Shown in pieces: positions 17,891 to 27,379 of a stretch of 64,000 nucleotides of DNA. The DNA comes from Candidatus Woesearchaeota archaeon (GTDB lineage Archaea > Nanobdellota > Nanobdellia > Pacearchaeales > GW2011-AR1). Position numbers and translations under genes: made by a program. The first letter of the stretch is position 1. Every line of letters starts with the position of its first letter. The notes below the pieces were generated by a model. It had not been told where the DNA came from and ran no database searches. It saw nothing but the letters and a program-made list of their open reading frames with translations. The stretch lies in the NCBI GenBank assembly GCA_964527365.1, contig CAZGQV010000002.1, positions 12,212 to 76,211 of the forward strand, read 5' to 3'.

Positions 17891-18586
17891 TTAATCTGTA
17901 GCAACTTCAAGTAAACTGTTGACATCTTTAATTGCCATATCTCCCTCAATTTTAATATAAAGTGATATTACATCTCCTGGATAAAATTTCAAAATATCCT
18001 CTGAAACAGTATCGTAATCATTATATATTCCAGACTCAGCTATTTTAAAAGTGTTTCTAAATCCAACCAACTCTTTATTTTTATAAATTAAAACTTCAAC
18101 TTCTCCTTCCCCACTAATTACTTCTAAATTAGTTGAAATTCCACTAACACTTCCTTCCCTCATCATAACATATCCTTTGTCTAAATCCCCTAAAACTCCA
18201 ACTGCACTTTTCAAATATGTTGATTCAACTACTTCTCCCCCAAATCCAAAATTCAAAAACATTTTCCGAGTAAATTTGGAAACAATTTTTTTCAATTTGG
18301 TTTGTGATGCAGTAATAATGTAAACCGGTTTTTCTTCACCTGTAACATTTACTGAGTATAAAGCTAAATTAGTCTCATCAATATTTGCAAATTTAATTTC
18401 TTCAGGTAAATCAGCAAAATCAACCTCTTGAACATCCCCCACATCTTCCCGATCATATCCTTTTGTTTTTGCAACATCTTTTACTAGATTCTCAACATCA
18501 TCTGAAACAGAAATACTTTCGGCAACTACGCTTGTTGCTAAAAATAGAACCACCAAAATACCAACCACAATAAATAATTTTTTCAT
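17891..18586 (-). CDS. secreted protein (hypothetical)
   Basis: Signal-like N-terminus MKKLFIVVGILVVLFLATSVVA; acidic mature part. Confidence 0.55.
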   Translation of the reverse strand: MKKLFIVVGILVVLFLATSVVAESISVSDDVENLVKDVAKTKGYDREDVGDVQEVDFADLPEEIKFANIDETNLALYSVNVTGEEKPVYIITASQTKLKKIVSKFTRKMFLNFGFGGEVVESTYLKSAVGVLGDLDKGYVMMREGSVSGISTNLEVISGEGEVEVLIYKNKELVGFRNTFKIAESGIYNDYDTVSEDILKFYPGDVISLYIKIEGDMAIKDVNSLLEVATD

Positions 18587-18674
18587 TTTCCTCTTCCAGA
18601 ATATAAAGAAATTCCTCTATTTAAATATTTTCTTAATATGAAAACTTTATTAACATAAAAAACTAAAAATAAAT

Positions 18675-18962
18675 ATGGATATAAAAAAGGAAATAACTGA
18701 AAAAAAATTAGAAAAATATTTTAATGTTACAGAATCTGCTTTCAAAATTACAAAAAAATCTATAATTAAAGGAAAAGAAAAATATGCTAAAGAAATATTT
18801 GAGATGGTAGAAAATTATATTTCAGATGCACATCACTTCCAAGAAAAAGGAGATTGGGTAAATGCCTTTGCTGCATTAAACTATGCACATGGTTGGCTTG
18901 ATTCAGGAGTTAGGTTAGATATTTTTGAAGTGGGCGACGATAAATTGTTTACAGTTAAATAA
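18675..18962 (+). CDS. DUF357-like small archaeal protein
   Basis: 'ISDAHHFQEKGDWVNAFAALNYAHGWLDSGVRL' resembles the DUF357 signature as I recall it. Confidence 0.45.
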   Translation: MDIKKEITEKKLEKYFNVTESAFKITKKSIIKGKEKYAKEIFEMVENYISDAHHFQEKGDWVNAFAALNYAHGWLDSGVRLDIFEVGDDKLFTVK

Positions 18963-18992
18963 ATTTAAATACCACTTTCCCTTATTAATTTC

Positions 18993-19679
18993 ATGAAAAA
19001 GAGAGTGATAGTTCTAAGTCTCGGGGGCAGTCAAATAATTCCAGATAAAATTAATTATTCTTATTTAAAAGAATTTAAAAAAATAGTCTTAAAACATAAA
19101 AAAAATTTTAATTTTGTAATAGTTTGTGGGGGTGGAAGTTTGGCTAGAAATTATATCGCTGCAATAAAAAAAGAAAAAGGAAATGAATACAAACAATCAT
19201 TGGTGGGAATTTCTGCAACAAGAGCAAATGCAAGATTTGTTTCATATTTCTTTGGATATGAACCAAACCATGGAGTTCCACACACAATAAAAACCGTAAA
19301 AAAATATTTAAAAAAACAAGGAATTGTTTTTTGCGGAGCCCTAGAATATAAAGAAAACCAAACAAGTGATTCAGTGGCAGCTATTTTAGCCAAAAAATTC
19401 AAAGGAAATTTTGTAAATTTAACTAATGTTAAAGGCCTCTACACTAAAGATCCTAAAAAACATAAAAATGCAAAATTCATTCCAAAAATATCTTGGATTG
19501 AATTTGATAAAATAGTTCAAAAAATAAAATTCAAACCAGGACAACATTTTGTATTAGATCAAAATGCTTCAAAAATAATAAAGCGAAAAAAAATCTCAAC
19601 ATACATAATAAAAGAATTAAACGAGTTAAATAATCTTTTAAAAAATAAAAAATTTATTGGGACAAGAATTGAAGGATAA
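18993..19679 (+). CDS. pyrH: UMP kinase (archaeal type, amino-acid-kinase fold)
   Basis: 'VIVLSLGGSQI', 'VIVCGGGSLARNY', 'SDSVAAILAKKF' and 'LTNVKGLYTKDP'. Confidence 0.85.
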   Translation: MKKRVIVLSLGGSQIIPDKINYSYLKEFKKIVLKHKKNFNFVIVCGGGSLARNYIAAIKKEKGNEYKQSLVGISATRANARFVSYFFGYEPNHGVPHTIKTVKKYLKKQGIVFCGALEYKENQTSDSVAAILAKKFKGNFVNLTNVKGLYTKDPKKHKNAKFIPKISWIEFDKIVQKIKFKPGQHFVLDQNASKIIKRKKISTYIIKELNELNNLLKNKKFIGTRIEG

Positions 19680-19680
19680 A

Positions 19681-20121
19681 ATGAAAAAAATAATACTAAC
19701 AGAAACAAACTTCAATAAATTAAAACTTCTTATCAAAGAAAACAAAGAAAAAGAAATAATCTTTACCTCAACTGACGACGAATTCAATAGAAAAGTAATG
19801 GAAAAACTTCCCATTCAAATAATTCTTATTCCTTTAGAAAATAGAAAAGATTATGCCAAACAAAGAAATTCTGGATTTAATCAAGTCATGGCAAAAATTG
19901 CAAAAAAAAACAACATAAAAATTGGAATAAAATTAGATGAATTAATTTTAACAAAAAATAAAGAAAAATTATTGGCAAGGTTAAAACAAAATATAATACT
20001 TTGTAATAAAAACAAAGTAGACATGATTTTTATCATAGAAAAAAACAAAAGAGATATTCATGAACTCAAAGCCCTTGGTTCTACGCTGGGAATGCCAACT
20101 TGGATGACAAAAAAACTTTAA
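19681..20121 (+). CDS. RNase P protein component 3 (Rpp30/p30)-like, short
   Basis: 'QRNSGFNQVMAKIAKKNNIKIGIKLDELI ... LLARLKQNIILCNKNKVDMIFI ... IHELKALGSTLGM' follows the p30 pattern. The start is set at ATG 19681, just after the pyrH stop. Confidence 0.45.
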   Translation: MKKIILTETNFNKLKLLIKENKEKEIIFTSTDDEFNRKVMEKLPIQIILIPLENRKDYAKQRNSGFNQVMAKIAKKNNIKIGIKLDELILTKNKEKLLARLKQNIILCNKNKVDMIFIIEKNKRDIHELKALGSTLGMPTWMTKKL

Positions 20122-21377
20122 CACATACACGCTGTTTCCCAAATCTCATAATTATCATTATCAGCAATCAACGTTTCTGAATTATTTAATCTGGCATATG
20201 CAATTAAACCAGTTGTGTTTTCAGGCGGCACAACATGATCACGTAAAATCAAACAACCAGCCTGAGAACTTCCAGGAAAATTAATATATTTCCCAATTAA
20301 TTCTGAACCAGCAAGATCAGGTAAATCAAAACTATCAAAATATTCTCCAATTCCATATGGCCATGCCGAACGAATAATTCCCTCATTCATAACAATTTCA
20401 GTCACACAAATTCCTTCCTCACAAATTTCACAAAGATCACAATCATTATTTTGTACACATTCCAAAGGTGTAAAACATTCACCGTTATTACAAATGTCTC
20501 CCAAAACACATTCTTCCAAAACTATCTCCGAATCAGCAGCATTACAAATTTCATTGGTACAAGAATAATTTCTATAATCTTGAACAACAAATTCCCCAAA
20601 GATAGCACACCTAGGAAGACCAACATATTCATCTGTTCCACAATCACTTTCAACATTACAAGATTCTATATCTAAAACACAAACTCCAGCGTAACAAGTT
20701 TCACCACTAATACAAGTCTGTTTTACAAAAGTTTGTGAAATGGAAGAACAAAAACCTAATTCACAATTAAAAATTTTCTTATATTGTAACACCGTTCCAG
20801 CATCCTGAGAACAAATTTCAGAACCATTTATCCAAAAATCACTTCCACAATCAGAATCAATTTCACAGACGGGAACAGGAGGTTCCTCATCATCTCCAAG
20901 AGTAGAATTTATTCCCTTATTTAAATTATCAACACTATCAGCAATTGAACCCAAAGTTTCAAGGTCACTAGTTCCAGAAATATAAAGGGGAGCAATAGAA
21001 ATTTTTTCAACTTCTTCTAAAGTTAATTCTGGCCTCTCACTAATATTTAATTCAAAAGTTCTCTCAACTAATTCTAAAAAATTTTCAACAGGCTCATCAT
21101 ATACTTCTGAACTACGGTCATCCTCAACCACAAATTTTATTCCGGTTAAATTTCCCTCTCCCGGATTTCTAACAACTCGAACAGTTACAATCCCTGTATC
21201 AAAATCTACAACTGCATATTGAATTTTCAAATCAAGCGTAAATTTTTCAAAATTTAAACCCTGAGTTCCTTGAAGAATAAATCTATCAACAGCAAACCAA
21301 ACCAAAGCCACAGCAACTAAAATTAATAAGATTAAAATAATGGTTGTAACTACCTGCGATAAACCTCTTTTATTCAT
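20118..21377 (-). CDS. archaeal type IV pilin-like protein (class III signal peptide) with Cys-rich ectodomain
   Basis: N-terminus 'MNKRGLSQVVTTIILILLILVAVALV' matches the archaeal pilin N-terminal motif (KRG|LS...). The C-terminal half holds 24 Cys, including a twice-occurring 'C.(I/V)(D/E)SDCG(S/T)D' motif. Confidence 0.65.
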   Translation of the reverse strand: MNKRGLSQVVTTIILILLILVAVALVWFAVDRFILQGTQGLNFEKFTLDLKIQYAVVDFDTGIVTVRVVRNPGEGNLTGIKFVVEDDRSSEVYDEPVENFLELVERTFELNISERPELTLEEVEKISIAPLYISGTSDLETLGSIADSVDNLNKGINSTLGDDEEPPVPVCEIDSDCGSDFWINGSEICSQDAGTVLQYKKIFNCELGFCSSISQTFVKQTCISGETCYAGVCVLDIESCNVESDCGTDEYVGLPRCAIFGEFVVQDYRNYSCTNEICNAADSEIVLEECVLGDICNNGECFTPLECVQNNDCDLCEICEEGICVTEIVMNEGIIRSAWPYGIGEYFDSFDLPDLAGSELIGKYINFPGSSQAGCLILRDHVVPPENTTGLIAYARLNNSETLIADNDNYEIWETACMC

Positions 21378-21457
21378 TAACTCTTAAATCAAAAATATTT
21401 TATAAATCTATTCAATAAAAACAAACCTTTTTTAAAAACAAAATTATTCTAAAAACT

Positions 21458-22969
21458 ATGGAAAGAATCATTGAATCATTAAATTTAAATGAAAAAAAAA
21501 TTATTCCCCATTTGAGTAATTTGGACATATCTGAAATATGTAAAAAATCAAATTTAGATAAAGTTTCAGTTTTAAGATCCCTTGAATATTTGCAAAACAA
21601 AAAAATAATTAATCTCTTAACTGAAAAAAAGAATATTGTAGACATTGGAATTAATGGTGCATTATATAAGAAAAAAGGACTTCCAGAAAGAAGATTATTA
21701 AATGCTCTTGATAAAAAAAGAATATTAACATTTGAAGAGGCCCAAAAAGAAGGAGAACTTTCAAATGACGAATTTAGAGCATCCCTTGGTGTATTAAAAA
21801 AAAAGGCATTAATTGAATTGAAAAATGGAAAAATAATTTTGAATGCGAACAAAGAAGAAATAATAAAAAAAAGCCTAGAAGAAATTTTTATTGAGAATTT
21901 GCCAATTGAAGAAGACTTATTAACACTAGAACAAAAATTTTCTCTAAAAGAACTTCAAAAAAGAAAAAACATAATAGAAATAGAAGAAATAAAAAAAATA
22001 AAAATTGAAGTAACACCTCTTGGAAAGAAAATCATGGATTCTAAAGAATTATCAAAAGAATTAATTGAACAGATTACTCCCCAAATATTAAAAAGCGAAA
22101 AAAATTGGAAAGGAAAAAAATTTAGACGTTATGATTTAAATATATCCGTTCCTAAAATTTATGGTGGAAAAAGACATTTTGTTAATCAATCAAATGATTA
22201 CACAAGAAAAATTTGGACAGAGATGGGATTTGTTGAAATGACTGGAAATATGGTTGTTTCAAGTTTTTGGAATTTTGATTCATTATTTACCGCCCAAGAT
22301 CACCCCGTTCGAGAAATGCAAGATACTTTTTTCATAGATAAAAAAGGAGAACTTCCAAATAAAAAAATTATTGAAAATGTAAAAATTGCACATGAACGAG
22401 GAATTGGAGGAAGCAAGGGTTGGAAATATAAATGGAATGAAGAAATAAGTAAAAAAATGCTTCTTCGAACACATACAACCGCATTAACTTCACAAACTTT
22501 AGCGACATTAAAAGAAGAAGATCTCCCAAAGAAATTTTTTGCAGTAGGCAAATGTTTTAGAAATGAAACAGTAGATTGGTCACACGGATTTGAATTCAAT
22601 CAAACAGAAGGAATAGTTGTTGACAAAGATGCTAACTTTAGACATCTCTTGGGTTACTTAAAACAATTTGCAAAAAAAATGGGATTGGGAAAGATTAGAT
22701 TTAGACCAGCATATTTTCCATATACTGAACCATCTGTTGAAGGAGATGTTTGGAATGAAGAAAGGCAAGAATGGATTGAATTATTTGCAGCAGGTATGCT
22801 TCGTCCAGAAGTAACAACTGCCTTATTTGGAAAACATATTCCAACACTTGCATGGGGGCCAGGAATTGACAGAATTATTATGAAAATTATGGATATTAAA
22901 GATATGAGGGAATTATATAAAAATGATTTATCGCAATTAAGAAGAATTAAAACATTAATTAAAACATAA
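21458..22969 (+). CDS. pheS: phenylalanyl-tRNA synthetase alpha subunit (archaeal)
   Basis: 503 aa with N-terminal wHTH-like repeats and class II core motifs 'LRTHTTA', 'FRNETVDWSHGFEFNQTEG', 'AWGPGIDR'. Confidence 0.93.
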   Translation: MERIIESLNLNEKKIIPHLSNLDISEICKKSNLDKVSVLRSLEYLQNKKIINLLTEKKNIVDIGINGALYKKKGLPERRLLNALDKKRILTFEEAQKEGELSNDEFRASLGVLKKKALIELKNGKIILNANKEEIIKKSLEEIFIENLPIEEDLLTLEQKFSLKELQKRKNIIEIEEIKKIKIEVTPLGKKIMDSKELSKELIEQITPQILKSEKNWKGKKFRRYDLNISVPKIYGGKRHFVNQSNDYTRKIWTEMGFVEMTGNMVVSSFWNFDSLFTAQDHPVREMQDTFFIDKKGELPNKKIIENVKIAHERGIGGSKGWKYKWNEEISKKMLLRTHTTALTSQTLATLKEEDLPKKFFAVGKCFRNETVDWSHGFEFNQTEGIVVDKDANFRHLLGYLKQFAKKMGLGKIRFRPAYFPYTEPSVEGDVWNEERQEWIELFAAGMLRPEVTTALFGKHIPTLAWGPGIDRIIMKIMDIKDMRELYKNDLSQLRRIKTLIKT

Positions 22970-22971
22970 AA

Positions 22972-24612
22972 ATGGCAAACATAAAATTTTCAAGAAAATT
23001 ATTTGAAAAAGAAATAGGAAAACTCAACAAAGAAATGCAAAACAATATTGCTTTATTTGGAACTACCTTAGAAAGTTTTAACGAGAATGAAATAGAATTG
23101 GAAATATTTCCAGATAGACCGGATTTATTATCTTACCACGGATTCAAAAGAGGTTTTTTAGCTTTCCTTGGAAAAAAAACTGGACTTAAAGAATACAAAT
23201 TAAATAAACCAGAAAAAGATTTTGAAGTCAAAATAGATAATTCTGTAAAAGAAGTTAGACCCTTTACTGCTTGTGCAATTGTGAAAAGATTGAAACTTGA
23301 TTATGATCGAATTAAAGAAATAATTGATTTACAAGAAAAATTACACTCAACCATGGGTAGAAAAAGAAAAAAAGTGGCAATTGGTATTTATCCCCTAGAA
23401 AAAATAAAACTTCCAATTCATTACAAAGCTATTGAACCAGACAAAATTAAATTTATCCCTTTGGGATCTCAAAGGGAAATGTCTGGGTTGGAAATACTTC
23501 AAAGGCATCCAACTGGAAAAGAATATGCTCACTTGCTTTCAGGTAAAGCTACATTTCCAATTTTCATAGATTCAAATAATGAAATATTATCAATGCCCCC
23601 AATAATAAATTCTGAGTTGACAGGAAAGATTGATGAAAAAACCAAAGACATTTTCATTGAATGCTCTGGATTTGATTTTGAAATTTTGAAAAAAACATTG
23701 AATATTGTAGTTTCTGTATTAAATGAAATGGGGGGGAAAATTTACCAAATGAAAGTTAACAAAGAGATGACTCCAAATTTCAAAAGTGAAGAAACTAAAC
23801 TATCAATTGATAATGCAAACAAACTTTTGGGATTAGAATTAAAAGAAAAAGAAATAAAACAATTACTTGAAAAAATGGGACACTCATACAAAAATGGAAT
23901 TGTTTATTCTCCATCGTACAGAACAGACATATTACACGAAGTGGATATTATTGAGGATATTGCAATAGCTTATGGATACAATAATTTTGGTTCAATAATC
24001 CCAGCTATTTCTACAATTGGAAAAGAAGATTCAAAAGAAATAATAAAAAGAAAAATATCTGAAATTTTAACAGGATTAGGTTTATTAGAACTTTCAAACT
24101 ATCACCTAACAAAAAAGGAAGATCAATTTACAAAAATGGGAATTTTGGAAAAACAAGAAAAAAATTTCATAGAACTTGAAGATTCAAAAACAGATTTTAA
24201 TATATTGAGAAAAGATTTAACACATTATATTTTAAAAATAATCTCAGAAAACAGTGATTCTGAATACCCCCAAAAAACATTTGAAACAGGAAGAGTTTTT
24301 AATTTGGCAATAGATAAAGAAATAATTGAAACAGATATGTTAAGTGCAGCCGTAACACCTGGCAACTTTACAGATATAAAACAAATTCTAGATTATTTGA
24401 ATGAGAATTTAAAAATCAATTTAGAAATAAAAGAGCAAGAAAAAACAGATATCCATTTTGTTGAAGGAAGGGCAGGAAATATTTTCTTGGAAGAAGAAAA
24501 AATTGGGACAGTTGGAGAAATTCATCCCAAAATATTAAAAAATTGGAAAATCAAAATGCCTGTTGCATTGTTTGAAATAAATTTAGAAAAGATTTTTAAA
24601 AAATTTAAATAA
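22972..24612 (+). CDS. pheT: phenylalanyl-tRNA synthetase beta subunit (archaeal)
   Basis: 546 aa starting 3 nt after the pheS stop, with 'EIFPDRPDLLS', 'RTDILHEVDIIEDIAIAYGYNN' and 'GEIHPKIL'. Confidence 0.93.
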   Translation: MANIKFSRKLFEKEIGKLNKEMQNNIALFGTTLESFNENEIELEIFPDRPDLLSYHGFKRGFLAFLGKKTGLKEYKLNKPEKDFEVKIDNSVKEVRPFTACAIVKRLKLDYDRIKEIIDLQEKLHSTMGRKRKKVAIGIYPLEKIKLPIHYKAIEPDKIKFIPLGSQREMSGLEILQRHPTGKEYAHLLSGKATFPIFIDSNNEILSMPPIINSELTGKIDEKTKDIFIECSGFDFEILKKTLNIVVSVLNEMGGKIYQMKVNKEMTPNFKSEETKLSIDNANKLLGLELKEKEIKQLLEKMGHSYKNGIVYSPSYRTDILHEVDIIEDIAIAYGYNNFGSIIPAISTIGKEDSKEIIKRKISEILTGLGLLELSNYHLTKKEDQFTKMGILEKQEKNFIELEDSKTDFNILRKDLTHYILKIISENSDSEYPQKTFETGRVFNLAIDKEIIETDMLSAAVTPGNFTDIKQILDYLNENLKINLEIKEQEKTDIHFVEGRAGNIFLEEEKIGTVGEIHPKILKNWKIKMPVALFEINLEKIFKKFK

Positions 24613-24652
24613 CATAAAAAATTCTAAATCATATTAAAATTAATAAAAAAAA

Positions 24653-24979
24653 TTACTTCTTAGATTGTCTTTTCAAAAAGAAAAAAATCAACTCACTAAT
24701 AATTCCTAAAATAACTACTGCTCCAGATAAAATTACAACAAATCCAAAAAAAGATTCCAGGGGATCAACTGAAATTACTCCATATAAAATAAAAGATATT
24801 ACAAAAATAATAAAGGAACATAACAATAATTTGGTTGCTTTTCTCGTTTTATTTTTTAATATTTTGTTTCCCGCCACTATTGGAATAACTTTATTTACTG
24901 GCTTTTTACCAGTTACTTTTTTAGAAATCTTTTTGGTAATTTTTTTAGAAACTTTTTTCATCACTTGTCTTTTCACCAT
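24653..24979 (-). CDS. small membrane protein with Lys-rich N-terminus (hypothetical)
   Basis: 108 aa with 'KKVSKKITKKISKKVTGKK' followed by two TM segments. Confidence 0.4.
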   Translation of the reverse strand: MVKRQVMKKVSKKITKKISKKVTGKKPVNKVIPIVAGNKILKNKTRKATKLLLCSFIIFVISFILYGVISVDPLESFFGFVVILSGAVVILGIISELIFFFLKRQSKK

Positions 24980-25010
24980 AATAGAATATATATTTTATAG
25001 TATATAAATG

Positions 25011-25355
25011 TTACTTTAGTTTATCCCAAATAGATTCTAATTCGGTGGTTTTATTGGTCACTTCCACATCATAATTTTTCCAATCTTGTTTGAATGTGTA
25101 AGCAGTTATAGATTTTAAATTTGTAAAAACTCCCCCCAACCAAGAAAAATATAGTTTGCCTGCACCAATAACTCCATCAATACTTTTAAAATCTAGATCT
25201 TGATTTTTCAAACTTACAGTAAAACTAATATAAGTGAATAAAATTAACCCAATCAAAAAGAATGCAAATAATTTATGTTTCAATCTCTTCATTTCAATAA
25301 CTACCCAAATTGCAACAACCACAATTGCAACAATAAAAAATGTAACTCCTATCAT
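25011..25355 (-). CDS. small membrane protein (hypothetical)
   Basis: 114 aa with two TM segments. Confidence 0.4.
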   Translation of the reverse strand: MIGVTFFIVAIVVVAIWVVIEMKRLKHKLFAFFLIGLILFTYISFTVSLKNQDLDFKSIDGVIGAGKLYFSWLGGVFTNLKSITAYTFKQDWKNYDVEVTNKTTELESIWDKLK

Positions 25356-25422
25356 GGAATATTAAGAACATTCGCCTATAAAAAAGTTATGGGCCCATAA
25401 TTAAAAAATCAAAAATCCTGTT

Positions 25423-25713
25423 TCAAGAAAAAGCATCACCAATAATTTTAAACAATCCCCCAACATCACTATAAACTTCAACTTCTTCTTCTTCAGTAAA
25501 ATTGACTGTATTGTTTTCTACTTTTAAAGATTCATTTTGAATTTGTCTACTTTCAATTACATATGCTGTATAAACAAAAGCAACAACTAACAAAATAAAA
25601 ATAAAAATAATTATAAACCAAACAACTGGAGACCCACCTTTTTTATTCATTATTCTTGATGGAAAAAATAATTTATAAAACCTATTAAAAAAATCAATAG
25701 ACTTAAAGTCCAT
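25423..25713 (-). CDS. small single-TM protein (hypothetical)
   Basis: 96 aa with TM 'VVWFIIIFIFILLVVAFVYTAYV'. The start is uncertain. Confidence 0.4.
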   Translation of the reverse strand: MDFKSIDFFNRFYKLFFPSRIMNKKGGSPVVWFIIIFIFILLVVAFVYTAYVIESRQIQNESLKVENNTVNFTEEEEVEVYSDVGGLFKIIGDAFS

Positions 25714-25740
25714 TTTTAAAATAAAAAAATAAAAATTAAA

Positions 25741-26202
25741 TTACCAAAATCTTAATTTGTGAAAGAATTTATCTTTTTCTGGTTTTTCACCACCAAAATC
25801 ATGCATCCCATTCATTTGTCTTTTTCTTTGAGTTTCTTCAGGCAAGTCTTCACTTAATTCTTCAAGAGTTTCATAATCTTCATTTTCCCAAGCTTCAGTC
25901 ATTTGTTCTTTTAATTCTCTCATTTCAGACATTTCACCCTGTCTTTCAACCATTTTATCAAAATTATCTTGAGTTAATTTTGATTCCATTAAAGATTTCC
26001 AAAGAACAAAATCATTATTTTCAACTGATTCTTGAATTGATTCTTGGTAAGCCAACATTCCCGCTTGTTCTTCTTCTAATAATCCTTCAAAATGATTTTT
26101 CATCATTCCTTGTCCAGAACCTTGAAAAGCCGAAACCATTCCAACACTTAAAAGAGCCATCGTTGCCAAAATAAATATGCTCATAATTGCTTTGTTTTTC
26201 AT
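25741..26202 (-). CDS. secreted acidic helical protein (hypothetical)
   Basis: Signal-like 'MKNKAIMSIFILATMALLSVGMVSA'. The start is set at the second Met because GGAGGA lies 5-6 nt upstream of it; the track start at 26214 would place that SD inside the gene. Confidence 0.5.
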   Translation of the reverse strand: MKNKAIMSIFILATMALLSVGMVSAFQGSGQGMMKNHFEGLLEEEQAGMLAYQESIQESVENNDFVLWKSLMESKLTQDNFDKMVERQGEMSEMRELKEQMTEAWENEDYETLEELSEDLPEETQRKRQMNGMHDFGGEKPEKDKFFHKLRFW

Positions 26203-26229
26203 TTTTTCCTCCATTAAATATTTTCTTTA

Positions 26230-26243
26230 CGGAAATATTTCCG
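26230..26243. promoter_or_regulatory. perfect 14-bp palindrome CGGAAATATTTCCG (candidate operator)
   Basis: Seen directly, in the divergent intergenic region between genes starting at 26202(-) and 26400(+). A third half-site, aattccgtaa, lies at 26289-26298. Confidence 0.3.
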
Positions 26244-26399
26244 CAAGAGATTGCTAAACAATCTTTATGACCAAACGAAATTAAAAAAATTCCGTAAGTT
26301 CAAGTCTATTTAAATTAAAAAAGAAAATTACTTTAAAAGAAAGGTGGACCTAAAATCCATTTCAGTTATAAATATAAATAACATTCAATTTTTAATAAA

Positions 26400-27116
26400 A
26401 TGCCAATACAACATATAACTGGAAGAGCCATGGGAGAATTCTCAAACAAAATGGGAAAAATAGCTGCCATAGGTTTTGGAACAGAAATAATTTACTCATT
26501 CGTAATCATAATTTGTTGTTTGATGATTTATTTTGGAACAAGAAAACTCTATGAATTAAGTTTGTACAAAGGAATTAAATATTTCCGGGTTTCATTTTTA
26601 TTATTCGCTTTAGCTTATTTTTCAAGATCAATTGTTAAATTTAGCACAATAATTTTCAATGATCATTCTTTATTTGGGATTCATCCACAAATTTTAGCAA
26701 GTATAAGTTCATTCATTTTTATGTATTTAAGTTCAATTGCAATATTTTACTTACTATACAGCATAATTTGGAAAAAATTCAACCACAAAATAATCCATTA
26801 TAGTTTCTATATTCTAGCATTCATGATTTCAATAATCAGTATTTCATCGAGAAATTTATTAACACATTTATACATAAACTTATTTTTATTGGGATTAGCT
26901 TTTGCAATAATTTACGCTGCAAATAAATTGACAAAGAAGAAGAAAACTTCAAACATGTATACAATTTATCTGCTTTTATCAACATTCTGGATATTAAATA
27001 TAATTGATACTTTCATTCCAGATTTCTTACAATCATTTCAATTACTAATTTACTTAGCTTCACTTGGAATTTTCTTATCCATTTTATATAAAGTTCTAAC
27101 AAAAATTGGATCCTAA
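26400..27116 (+). CDS. multi-pass membrane protein (hypothetical)
   Basis: 238 aa with about 7 hydrophobic segments. Confidence 0.55.
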   Translation: MPIQHITGRAMGEFSNKMGKIAAIGFGTEIIYSFVIIICCLMIYFGTRKLYELSLYKGIKYFRVSFLLFALAYFSRSIVKFSTIIFNDHSLFGIHPQILASISSFIFMYLSSIAIFYLLYSIIWKKFNHKIIHYSFYILAFMISIISISSRNLLTHLYINLFLLGLAFAIIYAANKLTKKKKTSNMYTIYLLLSTFWILNIIDTFIPDFLQSFQLLIYLASLGIFLSILYKVLTKIGS

Positions 27117-27119
27117 AAA

Positions 27120-27377
27120 ATGAAAAAAAGAAATAGATTAGAAATAATTAAAGATATACTAAAAATCATTCAAGATAATCATAATTCCATCAAAATAACT
27201 CCCTTACTCAGAAAATCAAATATTTCTTCAAAAAGATTTTATGAATATATTAAAGAATTACAAAACAAAGGATTTGTAATGAAAATTGAAAGAAAAATAA
27301 AAATTACAAAAAAAGGAATGAGTTATTTAGAAAAATATTCTAGTATCGTGGGATTCATTGAAGAATTTGGATTATAA
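27120..27377 (+). CDS. small winged-helix DNA-binding protein (archaeal HTH_45-like)
   Basis: 'RNRLEIIKDILKII ... ITPLLRKSNISSKRFYEYIKELQNKGFV ... ITKKGMSYLEKY'. Confidence 0.6.
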   Translation: MKKRNRLEIIKDILKIIQDNHNSIKITPLLRKSNISSKRFYEYIKELQNKGFVMKIERKIKITKKGMSYLEKYSSIVGFIEEFGL

Positions 27378-27379
27378 TC

